A stretch of DNA of 64,000 nt, taken from contig CM022669.1 of assembly GCA_012295275.1 (NCBI GenBank), forward strand, positions 16,988,001 through 17,052,000, in the 5' to 3' direction. The notes under the pieces are model-generated. The model was not told the DNA's origin. It ran no database searches and was given only the letters and a program-made list of their open reading frames with translations. The stretch is from Chrysomallon squamiferum (taxonomy: Eukaryota > Animalia > Mollusca). Positions 31,045 through 45,119 of the stretch are shown here, piece after piece; position 1 is the first letter of the stretch; the number at the start of each line of letters is the position of its first letter. The translations under genes were made by a program, and so were the position numbers.

Positions 31045-31550
31045 CTGCTGAGCAATGTCATTCCGTGAAAAAAACCAGTTTTCAATCACCACACAATTAT
31101 GTCTGTCCTATTACTACTTCATCACATACACATGAGAAATCATTTAACAACATCAAAAATCACACACACACCCAAACGTAATCTCATAACATTACAATGT
31201 GTATATATATATACTGATATCCAGTTGTATTAAAAAAAACACCAAGCCACAGCATTAACAGCTTTACGATTCTTGCTGTTTCTTCAACAGACCACAACCC
31301 GGATGCATGCTAAAGCCACAATTATCTGAATGATCGAGCGAGAACAAACATCCCACGCATACCCAGAGGCCTGCGGAATTGTAACATTGGACTGCAGTTA
31401 ATCTGTGACAAGAATTGACAAACAGGCAAGGATGACTGTCGACTCAGTCAATGGGGTGACGCTAGCTATCGTACCCTGCTAGACTCTCACACGCGTGTGT
31501 GTATGTGTGGTGTAACAGTGTTATGTTCATTGCTGGGTGTCGAATACAGC
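31045..31550 (-). promoter_or_regulatory. Candidate internal promoter / alternative first exon of the PDZ gene
   Basis: About a dozen CpGs in 31265-31545 against a CpG-poor background, no long ORF, and a strong donor CAGCAG|gtaggt at 31045. Confidence 0.35.
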
Positions 31551-31639
31551 AGCTATGTCATGGTGGGGTGGTGTTGTGTGTTGTGTGTTGTGGTTGTGAG
31601 GTGTCAGATATGGGGGTCTGTGTGTAGTGGGGTTTATGT

Positions 31640-32230
31640 GTCACCATAGAAGCTAAGTAATGTTGTGTTGTGTTGAGGTTGTGGTTGTGGTTGTAAGGTG
31701 TAAAATACAGAAGCTAACTAATGGTGAGGTGTTGTGTTGTGTTTGTTGTGTTGTGTTGAGGTTGTGGTTGTGGTTGTAAGATGTAAAATACAGAAGCTAC
31801 CTAATGGTGAGGTGTTGTGTTGTGTTTGTTGTGTTGTGTTGAGGTTGTGGTTGTGGTTGTAAGGTGTAAAATACAGAAGCTAACTAATGGTGAGGTGTTG
31901 TGTTGTGTTTGTTGTGTTGTGTTGAGGTTGTGGTTGTGGTTGTAAGATGTAAAATACAGAAGCTACCTAATGGTGAGGTGTTGTGTTGTGTTTGTTGTGT
32001 TGTGTGTTGTGTTTGTGGTTGTAAGGTGTTAAATACAAAAGTTATGTAATGTGAGCTGTTGTGTTTTGTTGCATTGTGTATTGTGATTGTGTTTTATGGT
32101 TGTAAGGTGTTAAATACAGGAGCTAAGTAATGGTGGGGTGTTTATTGTGTTTGTTGTGTGTTGCATGTTGTGGTTGCAAGGTGTTAAATACAAATGTTAT
32201 GTAATGGTTGGTGGTGGTTGTTGTGTTGTG
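31640..32230. repeat. GT-rich minisatellite, 83-bp unit, core arranged as 166-bp dimers
   Basis: taaaatacagaagcta starts at 31701, 31784, 31867 and 31950, with alternating variants. Confidence 0.92.
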
Positions 32231-33668
32231 GTTTTGTGCTGGATTATTTGTGTTGTGTTGTGTTGTGTTTGTGTGTTGTATGCTGTTTATTTGTTGGTGT
32301 AATATTATACAGCGGTTTTATGATTAAGTTGCTGTCTAAGGTTAGAATGTTAGTAAATCAAGCTGATATTTTTTATACTTGTTTCATGGACATTTTATAC
32401 CTTTTAAGGCATTGATATCATCTTTTTTGTAATTCTTGTTTATGTATTAGATTATTTACTTACTTAGTTATTTCTTATTTATTTATTTATTTATTTAATA
32501 TATTTACTTTCTTTGCTTACTTGTTTGTTATTTGTGTGCAGTAATTTTTTTTTAGGTTATTATTTCTTTCTTATATGTCTCTAAAATGTTTCATGAAAAT
32601 ATAAGTAAATCACAGTTAGTGACATGGAAATCAGGATAAATAATTACAGTCACAGTTTAATTATATGAAAATCACAAAGGTAACTTTGAAATGACAATAA
32701 ATAATCGAGGAATCATAATAAAATAATAATGAAGAAATAATGAAAAAAATAACAATATGGCAGTCAGAGCATATAAAATAATAACAACATAATAAATTTT
32801 AAAAACCTTGTAAAAATATATCTAAGCTCACCTGTGTTTTCAAACAATAACTGTTCAAAAAAATAAAAAATAAAATAAAAAGTAAAACTACAACAAACAG
32901 ATTTTTAAAATATTAAAATATTAATTTAAAAAAAAACAAATAAAGGATATTTTAAAAAAAATACAACAGAATCACCTGTAACAGTCTTCTCTAAGAATTT
33001 CTAACAAAACACCACTTCAAAAATATCCTTCAGATTTTCACATCCATTAACATTCATAACAGGCAAAAAAAAATAACAACAAAAAAACCCTCCTTAAAAT
33101 AATATTGAAAAAAATCATCTCTACACAATATGATTAAACTAGAATCCAATGTTAGGACAAAGGTACCTCCAGAAAAAACAATAAAAAAATAAAGTTGAGA
33201 AAGAGAGAGACAACAAATTTGAATCCAAGGACATTGTTGTGTGTTTTTAACACATAAATGACAAAGTTAACATGAGATTGCCACTATTTACAGACAAGAC
33301 ACAAACAAGAAAAAACCCTCACTACAACTACTGAAAGCTGATAATTCAGGTTTGTTGAAATTTTGCAAGGTTCAATACTGAGGAGAAGTTTGGGAGGTCA
33401 GTATCAAAACAGAATTTCAGAGATAATAAATTATCCTTGTTATGATAAATTAAATTTTTAAAGACTTATTTTTGAAGTTTTAAAGTATTCCCTTTTGATA
33501 ATATGAAATAATGGGCAGTTCAGGTTTAGTTTATTTCCGAACTGTTGTTTAATTTTCAATTGGCTATCAGTCTTTGCTAATAATAAAGTAGTTCAATAAA
33601 ATAACATTTTCATAATGATGTAAGAAGGGTGATATTTTTGCTTTTTGTTATTATTATACTACTAATTA

Positions 33669-33715
<47 letters not shown>

Positions 33716-35057
33716 CATCATTATCATTATTATTATTTTAATTAATAGCAACATAAAACAAATATTCCTGATAGACTGAGTATATAATTTGCAACATTAA
33801 CAATTTGCCACTAATATCTTTATGATTCCATGTTTAAACTGACATCATGAAAATATAAAATAATATGCCTCTTAGATCCTCAAAAGCTTGTTAATATTTA
33901 CATAAACATTATTTCTAGCAAATCTGGTCCAACAAATTTGTTAAAAAAATCAATCATTTGATAGTTCACAAAATGGATTTTTGTTTATTTCTGCTCTTAC
34001 AGCAATAAATACATTTCAATCGTTTTTTTTTTTTTTTAATTTTTTTTTTTTAATTATTTTTAAATTAAATTATTTTAATATTATAAAATAATAATAATAA
34101 TAATAAAAAATAAAAATTTAACAGGACAATATCATTTATTTATTTTTTATTTTTCAAACTGATAGAATGAAGCAGACGTAGAACACCCACAGTTTGTCTC
34201 CAGGTGAACGTGATGGAAAACAAAGATTCATGACATTCTGTAGACAGTGTGTCGTATTTAGCTTCATGCTCTAAAAGAGACAGGCTGAGGTTGATGATCT
34301 GCAGTTTCATTGATCTGCTTTCACCATTCCGACTTACTGGAGATCCAACTCTATCACTTTAATGGTTATGATAAAGTTATAATTTAAAAAAAAAAAAAAT
34401 TTCTCTGTTTTGATAGTAAAGGAGCCCAGCTATTTTATATTAACAGTTATAGCATTTGTTGGGTTTTTTTTCACTTTTTTTTTTTTGTTTTTTGTTGGTT
34501 TTTTTTGTTTGTTTTCCCATTATGATTGTTTTGGTAATCCAACTCAATTATATTTTAAAATTTGTTTTTCCCATTCTTAAAGTATTGGATATCTAATTCT
34601 ATTATTTTAATGATTATAATAATTTTTTAAAGACTTTTATATATATACTGATAATATTGGCGACGCAACTATATTATATAAATAATATTATTTTCAAATA
34701 TTTTTTCAAAAAAAAAAAAAAATTAAAATTATTAACTGCATTCAAAAACTTGCCTATAAATTACAAATGTCCACCTCCCAGTCCAGATCTTAGTACAAAA
34801 AGTTTAAGCAATAAGTTATCTGTTTCAAGGAAAAACAACTCCAAGTTGAGTTTATTTTCTGAAACTAATCTGACTAAAATACTTATCTGTATCAAATCCC
34901 TCTTCCCTTGTCGTCTTTCACTCTCTTTCTGTTTTTCTTCTTTTCTTGTTATTTCTCCTACTTTCTCTCTTTCATTTTCTCTGTTACTCTTTATCTTTCT
35001 CTCCTTTTTATTCTAGTTCTCTTCTTCTCTTTATTATATTTTATACACTCCTCACTT

Positions 35058-35121
35058 TCTCTCTCTCTCTCTCTCTCTCCCTCTCTCTCCCCCTCCCTCC
35101 CTCTGTCTATCTCTCTCTCTT

Positions 35122-35188
<67 letters not shown>
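35058..35188. repeat. (CT)n microsatellite
   Basis: Direct reading. Confidence 0.95.
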
Positions 35189-35190
<2 letters not shown>

Positions 35191-35530
35191 TTCTGTCTGT
35201 CTTTTATGTTCTTTGCATCTATATATTTCTATCTTTCAGTATATCCTTCTTATTTATTCTCATGTATTTTTTCTCATGTCTGCATCTTAGTATCTCTCAC
35301 TTTATAATTCCACAAAGATTCCTGATTTGTTTTTCAGAATCTTATAAAAATTATATATGATAGGTTTTGTTATAATTCTGTTGCACAGATCAAAAAAAAA
35401 AATAATAAAAAAAATTAACAAATAAAACATTTTTCAGAATGTTATACAAATTTATATACCCAATGAGTTTCATAATAATTCTATTGTAATGGATTATAAG
35501 GAAAACAATGCACACAAATAAAACATTTAC

Positions 35531-36640
35531 CTGATAAAGATGTCTGGTTGCTCCATAGCTTGGTACAACACTAAGTCCAAGATTCTCACTGGCATTTTTC
35601 TGCAAGGTCACCTCGTGAATCGTATATCCTTCTTCACAATCGGAATCATCGGCATCAGAATTGGAAACTGGGGAACGTATTCCATTTGTGTCTGCTCTGT
35701 CGACCTTTGTGTCTCCAAGGCAACCCGAATAGTCAAACTGTTTTTCCCACTGAGCGGTCAGCTTCTTTTCCCGAGCTTGCATTTTCTGCTTGAAGGTTAA
35801 TTGTAGCTGCTGCTGCAGTCGTGGCTGTTGCTTCTGCTGCTGCTTCACTCTCTTGATGTTGAGCATGATCTGCAGTGGCATCTCCTGGATTACTGACACG
35901 CATTCGTCGTGAGTCAGGTTGTGCAGGACTATTCCGTTGATTTCCAGGATGCTGTCGCCAACCCTGATGCCTTTCCTGAAAGCAACGCTGTCCTCAGCAA
36001 CGTCCTTGACAACCACAGACTTTATAGGTTCGCTGCTGTACCTCTCCCCTTCCACGGCGAAAATAAGGCCGAGATTTTCTCCAGGAAGCCTGTTCAAAAC
36101 CAGTTCATCTACTGATCCGGTCGAGCACGAATTAGCTGTCGAGCTTTCGAGAAGTATTTTTTCGTATTTTCTGCTGATTCCCGATTTTATCGGAGATGTG
36201 TCAGAACCGGTGTCGGTGTCGGTGTTGCTGTTGCTGTCACAGCTCGAAGCCTCTGACGAAACAGCGGTGCTCAGGTGCGAATTGCGCTCCACTCGTTTCT
36301 TCAGAGAATGGTCATTTTTGTCCGGTTCCAACAGCCAGGTCTGCGGCTCATTCTGCTTCGGTTTTGCCCCTGAATCTTTCTTCACTCCAATCCGCGGAGA
36401 GTACAGAGCCCGCCGAGCGAATGTGTTCCATTCCACGTCTGAGAAGTCTGTGTCAGAATCCATCCTGAGAGTGCTGCAGGCAAGTTCCTTGAGAGGTGGA
36501 GGAGTTTTAGGCGAGGTCAGTGAAGTGGCTGCTGCTGCTGCTGCTGTTGTTGCTGTTGCTGTTGCTGATCCTTCTGAATTGTCAGGCCTTTGTTCTGGGG
36601 TGTGTTGTATTGACCAGGGGTCATTTGGATCTGAAGGATT
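35531..36640 (-). CDS. Internal coding exon (1110 nt, 370 codons, phase 0-0) of a multi-PDZ scaffold protein: disordered Ala/Ser/Asp-rich region, complete PDZ domain, Gln-rich linker, start of a second PDZ (Arc-like or PDZD2/IL16/Big-bang-like; family not resolved)
   Basis: GC- and CpG-rich island in AT-rich DNA. Acceptor ttttattacag|AATCCT at 36640 and donor TATCAG|gtaaat at 35531, open throughout. PDZ hallmarks: ELVLNRLPGENLGLIF...VVVKDVAEDSVAFRKGIRVGDSILEINGIVLHNLTHDECVSVIQ...IMLNIKR, then EVTLQKNASENLGLSVV. The tail of the ORF-track protein after HLYQ is intron read-through. Confidence 0.93.
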
Positions 36641-39163
36641 CTGTAATAAAACGAATTTTAATTAATTTTTTAAAATGCTTTTAAAACACGTGTGAGTGAA
36701 TTATGCTAACTTAAAGAATTAAAATAAAACCAAGTTTAAGGATGAGTTAAAAACAATGAATAACTTATACAATCATAAAGAATTTGTATAAATGATTTTT
36801 TTTTTTTTTTTTTTTTAATATAAAAATTTCTGACATAATCAGATATATTTATTTTACAAGATGATGTGGATTTCTAGGTTCTGTGCAACAAAACATACTT
36901 CAGGAAAAAAAAAATTTCTTTTATTACAGTGAACAAAATTAACATGGTTTCTCCATCACAAAAATTCTGTAGATTTTCCTGACATCAGGGTTTCAACACA
37001 GAACTAGGGCAAAATGAAAAGAGGAAAAAAAAAAAAAAACCCACAAGAGCATAATAATAAAATAATAAATAAAAACTACCATCTACAAATGATTGATTAC
37101 AGCTTTATCAACACATGATATAATTTTATATTAGTCATCAGTGAGTGTTAAATATTAATTTTGTAAATAACAAATCAGCTTTTTAAAACTATCTGCAGCA
37201 TTTGTTTTGTGTAAAGATTTTACTGAAAATGTTTGTTAAGTTTGCGAGTACTTCAAATTACTTATTTTGCTTGTTTTTCAGGCTGTTAATGGCAAAATGT
37301 TGTTCTGCAGTCTGGTGCCAGTTAACATAATAAAAGCCCAATCAGAGGTGTGTTAGATAATAACAGTAGTATTGAATATCATTACAGCAATTTCCTTCTT
37401 TGTGGGACATTAGACATGTGTTACCTGAAATCTGTGTTTACCTTGTTCCATGTGTTAGTAGAAATGTTATCTCACTTATAATCTAACAGTTAAAATGTAT
37501 GTATGTGTGTATGTGTGTGTATGTGTATGTATGTGTATATGTGTGTGTATGTGTTTGTATGAATGTGTGTGTATGTATGTAGGTACGCATGTAAGTATTC
37601 ATATATCATCTGACTGTATGTATGTCAGGCCTACATACACACATACATACACAAATATACACACACAGATACACACACATGTATATATGTGTGTATGTGT
37701 ATATAAATATATATTCATCTTTACCTGTATACAAACCCTCACACTCATACATAGACAGACACAACAAGCATTTCTTTAAAATTTTGAATTTATACATTAA
37801 TTATCATTAACTGAAATCCTGTACATTCCTTCTAACCATCCAATACACATACAAAATAACAATACACAAAAAAAGGCAAACAAATCTACATTATAAAAAC
37901 AGTAAACAAACATCTATACAAGAAGGTAAAAAAACCAAAAAACAAACAAACAGCATAAACTTGTATGTTGCTCATCTATCATCCACTACATACAAACACA
38001 CTAAAAAAGAAGTAAACAAATTTCCATTAAAAAAAAGGAAAACAAAAAACCACAAACCTATACATTCCTTCTAAAAGATCAAATAACCACATAAAATCAG
38101 CATAAAAACACACCCCACCCGAACTGTCATTCAGTACACAAAAACAAAACAGTCATAAATATATAAAAAAAAAACATCTCCATTCAAAAAACTATAAAAA
38201 TTTCAATGTAGAAAGTAAAAACAAAATTACAAATCTTCATATTCTCTTATCATCCAATACAAACATAAAAACAACATATAAAATAAAATAAATAAATCTA
38301 TATACAAAACAATAAAAAAAAATCTCTATACAAAAAGGTAAAAAAAAATAATTTACAAATCTGAATATTCGTCCTCTTCCATCTCTCACACACAAAAGAA
38401 TATTACTCAAAAAACACAACAGTAAACCAACCAATCAGTATAAAAAAAATAAATAAAAATAAATAAAAATACAAACCTGTATATTCTCCTACCATCCAAA
38501 ACATAAACACACATTTATTAAAAAACAAACACAATACACAAAAACGTGAAGAAATCTCCATACAAAACATCATAAACATAAAAGGTTAGAAAAGCAAAAA
38601 AACAACACCGATTATACCAATCCACACTAAGACAAACCTACAAACATCACTGCTTAAACTAGATATATGAATTGCAAAGCTCATGAAGTATTTAAACTGC
38701 AGGTGAGTTAATTAAGGTAGTAGTTGGTTCAGTTGCAGCTAGTAGCTAACGTGGTTATCGTATATGTGTGAATTCCGTCCTGTAGTGTGAATATTGATCT
38801 TTACGGAGAGATGAATAATAATAATAACAATTCGTTGGGTAAGGTTTTTACTCTTGTGACAGATGGTGAAGACTGTGTTTGTGTTAACTGTGTAAGTGTG
38901 TGCATGGAAAACAGGGAAATTTGAAAATTTGAAATTAAATAAACAAAAATGGAGGCATGGGTTTGATGGAGAAAGTTAAATAGTGTGTGATGTTTGTAAA
39001 TAAGAGAAGATTTTTTTCTTGAAGTATTTTTTTTTTTTTTTAATATTTGAAAATTGTAAAGAATTGTTTATATATGTGCAAAACCACATAAATTTATGAA
39101 TTCAGTAAAAAAAGATATATATATATATATACATATGTGTGTGTATATATGTATGTATGTATG

Positions 39164-39230
<67 letters not shown>

Positions 39231-39647
39231 GCAAATATAGTTAGTTCACTTGCAGCTGGTATATATATATATATATATATACACATATGTGTGTATAAAT
39301 TTATATAAATAAACAAATAAATGAAATAAAATTTAATTAAAAATGTTACAAATTCCCAGAAAGTACAGGCATTTTATTAAAAACAGCTGCCATAAATACA
39401 ATTAAATATTGTTAATAATGCATGATTATTTTCTCTTTTTTTATTTTAATATTATAATATTTTTTTTATAGTTAAGAAGACTTAATAAATGCATGATTTT
39501 ATTCTCCCTTTTTAAAAAAAAATGCAATATACATTTATAGTTTTATTTTTTTTATTATTATTTTTTTTAAATATTAATATGATGATATTTTTTTTTTTTT
39601 TACCTTTACTTTCAAATTACCTTTCTAATTATTTAGTTTGTTTGGTC

Positions 39648-39925
39648 TTATTTAAATCAACAATGTATTTACGTAGATGCTGATTTAAGTAAAAGTAAAT
39701 AATTTATTAGCGGGCTTTTTTGTGTGTTTTTTTCAGTTTTAATTTTTGTTCTTTTAAAAACATAATAAGAATTAAAAAAAATTCACAGACAAAGTTATTT
39801 AAATCAACAATGTATTTATATACATGTTGATTAAGAATAAGTAGATGATTTATTAGTGAGCTTTTCTTTTTCGGAATTAATTTTCTTTTTTTTTCTATTA
39901 AAAATGTAATAAGAATTTAAATAAA
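39648..39925. repeat. Diverged direct duplication (about 150-bp period)
   Basis: ttatttaaatcaacaatgtattta...atttattag...gctttt...taataagaatt twice. Confidence 0.7.
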
Positions 39926-41563
39926 AAAATGTGGACAAAATTAAATAACACAGGATATTTGTAAATGGTGAAAGGTTACTGAAATGTGTGTGCACGTATG
40001 TGACATGATGTTGTGTTTTCCTGACAAATACTCTTGATCACCAGGTGTCACTAAAGTGACTGTGACATCACATGACCCTCACATGTCACAAGACAGCCAT
40101 GTTTGTTTAGTGACACTAACAAACTTGTAAAATTAAGTTGATATTTGGTAAAATGTTAAAAAAAGAGAGTAATCTTTAAATATCTTTAAAAAAAAATACA
40201 TTATGCATATAACAACATACATATTATGGAGTTATGTACATAAAACGCACATACACAAACACACACATATGCACAGACAAACATAAAAATGCACAAGCCA
40301 TTATTATTTATTGTAACAGATATAAAAATGTATTGAAAAGTCAAATGCTGTGATACAGGTAAATCTAAATCATAGTAAAAAGAGAGAGATGGAGAGAGAG
40401 AAAAAAAAACACAAAATAGAAATAAAAATAAATAAATGAACAAATAAATAAATAAAAAAGTATGTAAATAAATAAAAAAAAAATAAAAAAATAAATCAAT
40501 TAATTAATAGATAGACAAATAAATTAATTAATTAATAGTTAAATAAAAAAACAAAAAAACAAACAAACAAATGCATAAACAAATAAACAAATAAATAAAT
40601 AAATAAATAACAGAACAAAACAACCTATACTTAAATATTAACATCAGAATACCTTTTTTTCACCTTTTTTTACTTTTTTTCTCACCTGTACTTAAAAAAA
40701 AAAAAATATTACAAAGAAACTGACAGTTAAGTCTGATGATACCTGTATGCAAATGACAACCACTGTGGCTTTGAAAAAAACAACATTTCACTTTTCTTTT
40801 CCTCCAGATTATGTTACATTGGAACATGGAATCCTGTCACTGATCAAGCGATTTTCTCCTTTTCTTTTACTTTCTTTCTTGTTTTACTATTTTATCCTGG
40901 GTTTTTTTGTTAGTGTTATGTTCAGTTGGTTTATAAATATGCGTATCTTTGTTGTGGTATTTATCCTAGGTTATCTGAGGTATTTAAAAAAAAAAATAGG
41001 TTTGATAACATCTTGTGAGCCAAATTTATGTCCTTGTTTTTTATTTGTGTATGTGTTTGTTGGGTTTTGTGGGGTTTCTGTTTTTAATTTTTTTTAAATC
41101 ACATGATATTTATACCAGATTATGTAGGTAAAATAAAAAAGCATTAATAATTCTGTAAACCTAGTTTTATATATCTGTCACAATTCTGCAGTGAACACAA
41201 AAAGTGAACTGACATATCTCATGCATTAAGATGTCACAAGGAGAGTTCAAAACTCCAGTGCAAAACCTTTTACAGTTGTTTTTTAATAAATAAATGTATA
41301 AAATAAACAGTTTTCTTCTTTAACACTGTTAAAAATTACAGGTAAGAATATTTTTGCCACTGCATAACAAGAACAACAGTAACAATAAAAAGAAGAAGAA
41401 GAAGAAGATAATAATTATTAGGAACATTAAGATGAAGAAGATGATGGTGATAAGGATGATGATGAAGATGAAGAAGATAATGATGAGTATGATGATGATA
41501 TTGAAGAAAAAGAAGAAAAAATTCAAAAAAATTCAAACATCTCCAAACTGTATTGTAAACACC

Positions 41564-42312
<749 letters not shown>

Positions 42313-43654
42313 CTCACTTTTTATTTTAACTTTATCGTCTAACATTTATGTTCCTATGGAAACACCACTCACACAGACTTAATACAAACTTCATTAATCT
42401 AGATTTTGGATTCTACTTGATTAAATGTTATAAAATACTGACAGTAAAATTTTGCACAAACATTCCAGAAATTCCATCATTCAGAATAGTATTAAGTCAA
42501 TCAGCTTATTAGTAATCTTACAAATACGTTTTGGAATGTCTTATTTCTCTTACAGCAAAACCAGAACTCAGACTGACAGGACTTTTTGTTCTTACCAGAA
42601 TGCTATTCCATTATGTCTAGTTATTATTATTATTAGTTATGTTTGTTTTGGGGGTTTGTTTTCTTTTCTTGGCTAGTTTTTTGGATGGTTGTGTATTTTG
42701 GTGTGCTGGTTTATTGTTTTCTGGAAAAAACCTTTTAATTACCAATGAATATTACCATTACTATTAATACAACTGTTCCTGGTAGTATTAAAGCTATTAC
42801 TATTATTACTACTACCATTACTCTAGCTGGAGGCAGTACTAAATAGAACAGCTCCTATTATAAACACTACTATTATTACTACTAACAGTAGCACCACTAC
42901 TACTAGTACATATATCAAAGCTACTACTACTACATATATCAAAGCTACTACTACTACTACATCTATTACCTCTACTACTACAGCTACTACTGCTACTATT
43001 TCAAATACTAAAAGCAATAATATTAGTACTTTTAGTACAAATACTGAAGTGGGAGTAATAGTAATAGTACCAGAACTAGTGATGATAGTAGTAGTAAGAA
43101 AGTAACAGTAGTTATAACATCACCAATAGAAGTAACTTTAAAAGAAGTAGCATGTTAAATTAGTAGTAGTAGTAGTAGCAGTATTTGCAGTACTATCCCA
43201 TCATTATTATCAGTTCCTTTAATGTATGCGTTGTTCTTCCTGCTTCTTCAGAAGTCAGAGACTGTATCACCCAGAAATGCCAGGGTGAGGCGCAACTTGT
43301 TTGTTCTAGCTGAGAAATTTCTGTGTGTCAAGTAAACTGGACCGTCCAGGTCACTCCAGACATCCTCAGTGTAATTCAGACCATGTTTATAATGTACACA
43401 TCAACATACTTCTCAGGCTGAGTCAAGATAGCTGTGCTACTTAGTGATGTAAGGAAGAAGATTTTTAAATAAAAAGGTTATATGGTCTCGTTTTTTTTTT
43501 GTCATTGTGTTTAGCAGATAAACATTTAGATCTGTTTGGTATGCAGGTATGCAGAATGGATGAATTGTTGAGTTATCTGTGTTTACATAAAATGTAGTGA
43601 AAGGTGGGTCAGGATGGATAGATATAAAATAAGAGCTGTGTAGACATAGAGAGG

Positions 43655-43659
<5 letters not shown>

Positions 43660-43729
<70 letters not shown>

Positions 43730-43734
43730 AGACA

Positions 43735-43810
<76 letters not shown>

Positions 43811-43832
43811 AGACAAAGAGAAAGATAGAGAG
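43660..43832. repeat. Interrupted (GA)n microsatellite
   Basis: Direct reading. Confidence 0.95.
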
Positions 43833-44164
43833 AAGTGTAGAGAGGGGGTTAAAGTAATTTCTTTATCCACACACAACACGTATACACAGGTATGCATTGA
43901 CAGTTAAAATCAGACACACACACAAACACTCAAACACCTCCCCCACACACCTATTTCCAAACAAATACAAATAAATAACTAACCGATTTTATTTATAAAC
44001 ATTTTTCTTTCAGTAATACTTTGAACAAACTGATCCTCATTAATTTTCATACTAAAATTTAGTAATTGACATTTCACAAGTAACATTTTCACAAATCTTA
44101 TTGTGAACCTACCTTTACATATTTTACATTTAACCACACACACACACACACACAGAAACACATA

Positions 44165-44214
<50 letters not shown>

Positions 44215-44759
44215 ATCTTGACCTTTTCTGTCTGTATCAGTGTATGTTTTAAACAGGAATGTCAACATCCAAACAGGAAATAAGTAAATGGAATTTATAT
44301 ATTTGTCAGCCAAATATTGTTTTTGTACCTAGCAACATTGACATTTGTGAAAATAAACATTATTATTATTATATAACCTCATATAAGAATGAGAATCTGA
44401 GACAAATGGAAATTTTTAACTTTATATTAAAGTGTCAAAAATACAGTAAACTTTATGTAGGAAATGTCAAATGAATGTATATGTATGTATGCATGCATGT
44501 ATGTATGTATGTATGTATGTATGTATGTATGTATGTATGTATGAGTATATAAATATGTATCTGTCCATATATGCAAGTGTGTATGTATGTAAATATAAAT
44601 AAATAATAACTAATAAATATTTGTTAAACAAAACAATTTCTTAACAGGTATCATAATCATATTATAATACATTTTACTTACAAAAATATGAAAGAAAAAA
44701 TAATTAATTTTCATTAATCTTCAGTTAAAAATCATCATATTTAAAATCCAAATAAAAAC

Positions 44760-44960
44760 AGAAACCCATTGTCATCATCCTTTTTTAATAAGCATCAAGA
44801 ACTCTATTCTGTGCGCCAACCCACAAACAGCAGAATTTCTACCATGCCAGTTGAGGAGCACTAAGTTTGAACAGCAAATAACACAGCCCAACTTTTGATG
44901 AGGATTGATCCTAACTTCTTAGCACATCAAACATATAAACACTTTACAAGTGAACTATGT
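44760..44960 (-). mobile_element. Decayed tRNA-derived SINE just downstream of the 98-nt exon
   Basis: gaaacccattgtc...taagcatcaaggaactct...cccacaaacag...ccagttgaggagcact...ggattgatcct...actttacaagtgaacta (core plus reversed B box and A box). Confidence 0.55.
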
Positions 44961-45021
44961 TATGTCCATCACCAACATGAGCATGTGAATTTGTGATTAC
45001 CAATGATTAAGTTTTACCTAC

Positions 45022-45119
45022 CTCCAAAGTGTTTTCATCCATCGATTCAGCCATTGTGAAAGAATTGACACCTGCAGTTACCAGGGTAACATGATACCAG
45101 GAATAATTCTTTGTTAAAC
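45022..45119 (-). CDS. Candidate internal coding exon (98 nt, phase 1>0) of the same PDZ gene: (G)LTKNYSWYHVTLVTAGVNSFTMAESMDENTLE
   Basis: Acceptor ttttattttttgcag|G and donor TTGGAG|gtaggt. Open frame whose phases exactly bridge the 63859 donor (phase 1) and the 36640 acceptor (phase 0). Confidence 0.65.

Noticed and set aside
35390-35530. Hydrophobic C-terminal tail of the 357-aa ORF as a transmembrane segment
   Set aside because: It lies after a strong splice donor and is AT-rich intron read-through.
35540-36665. Plus-strand ORFs (248, 90, 86 and 68 aa) overlapping the PDZ exon
   Set aside because: Antisense shadows of a GC-richer coding exon; no recognisable domain.
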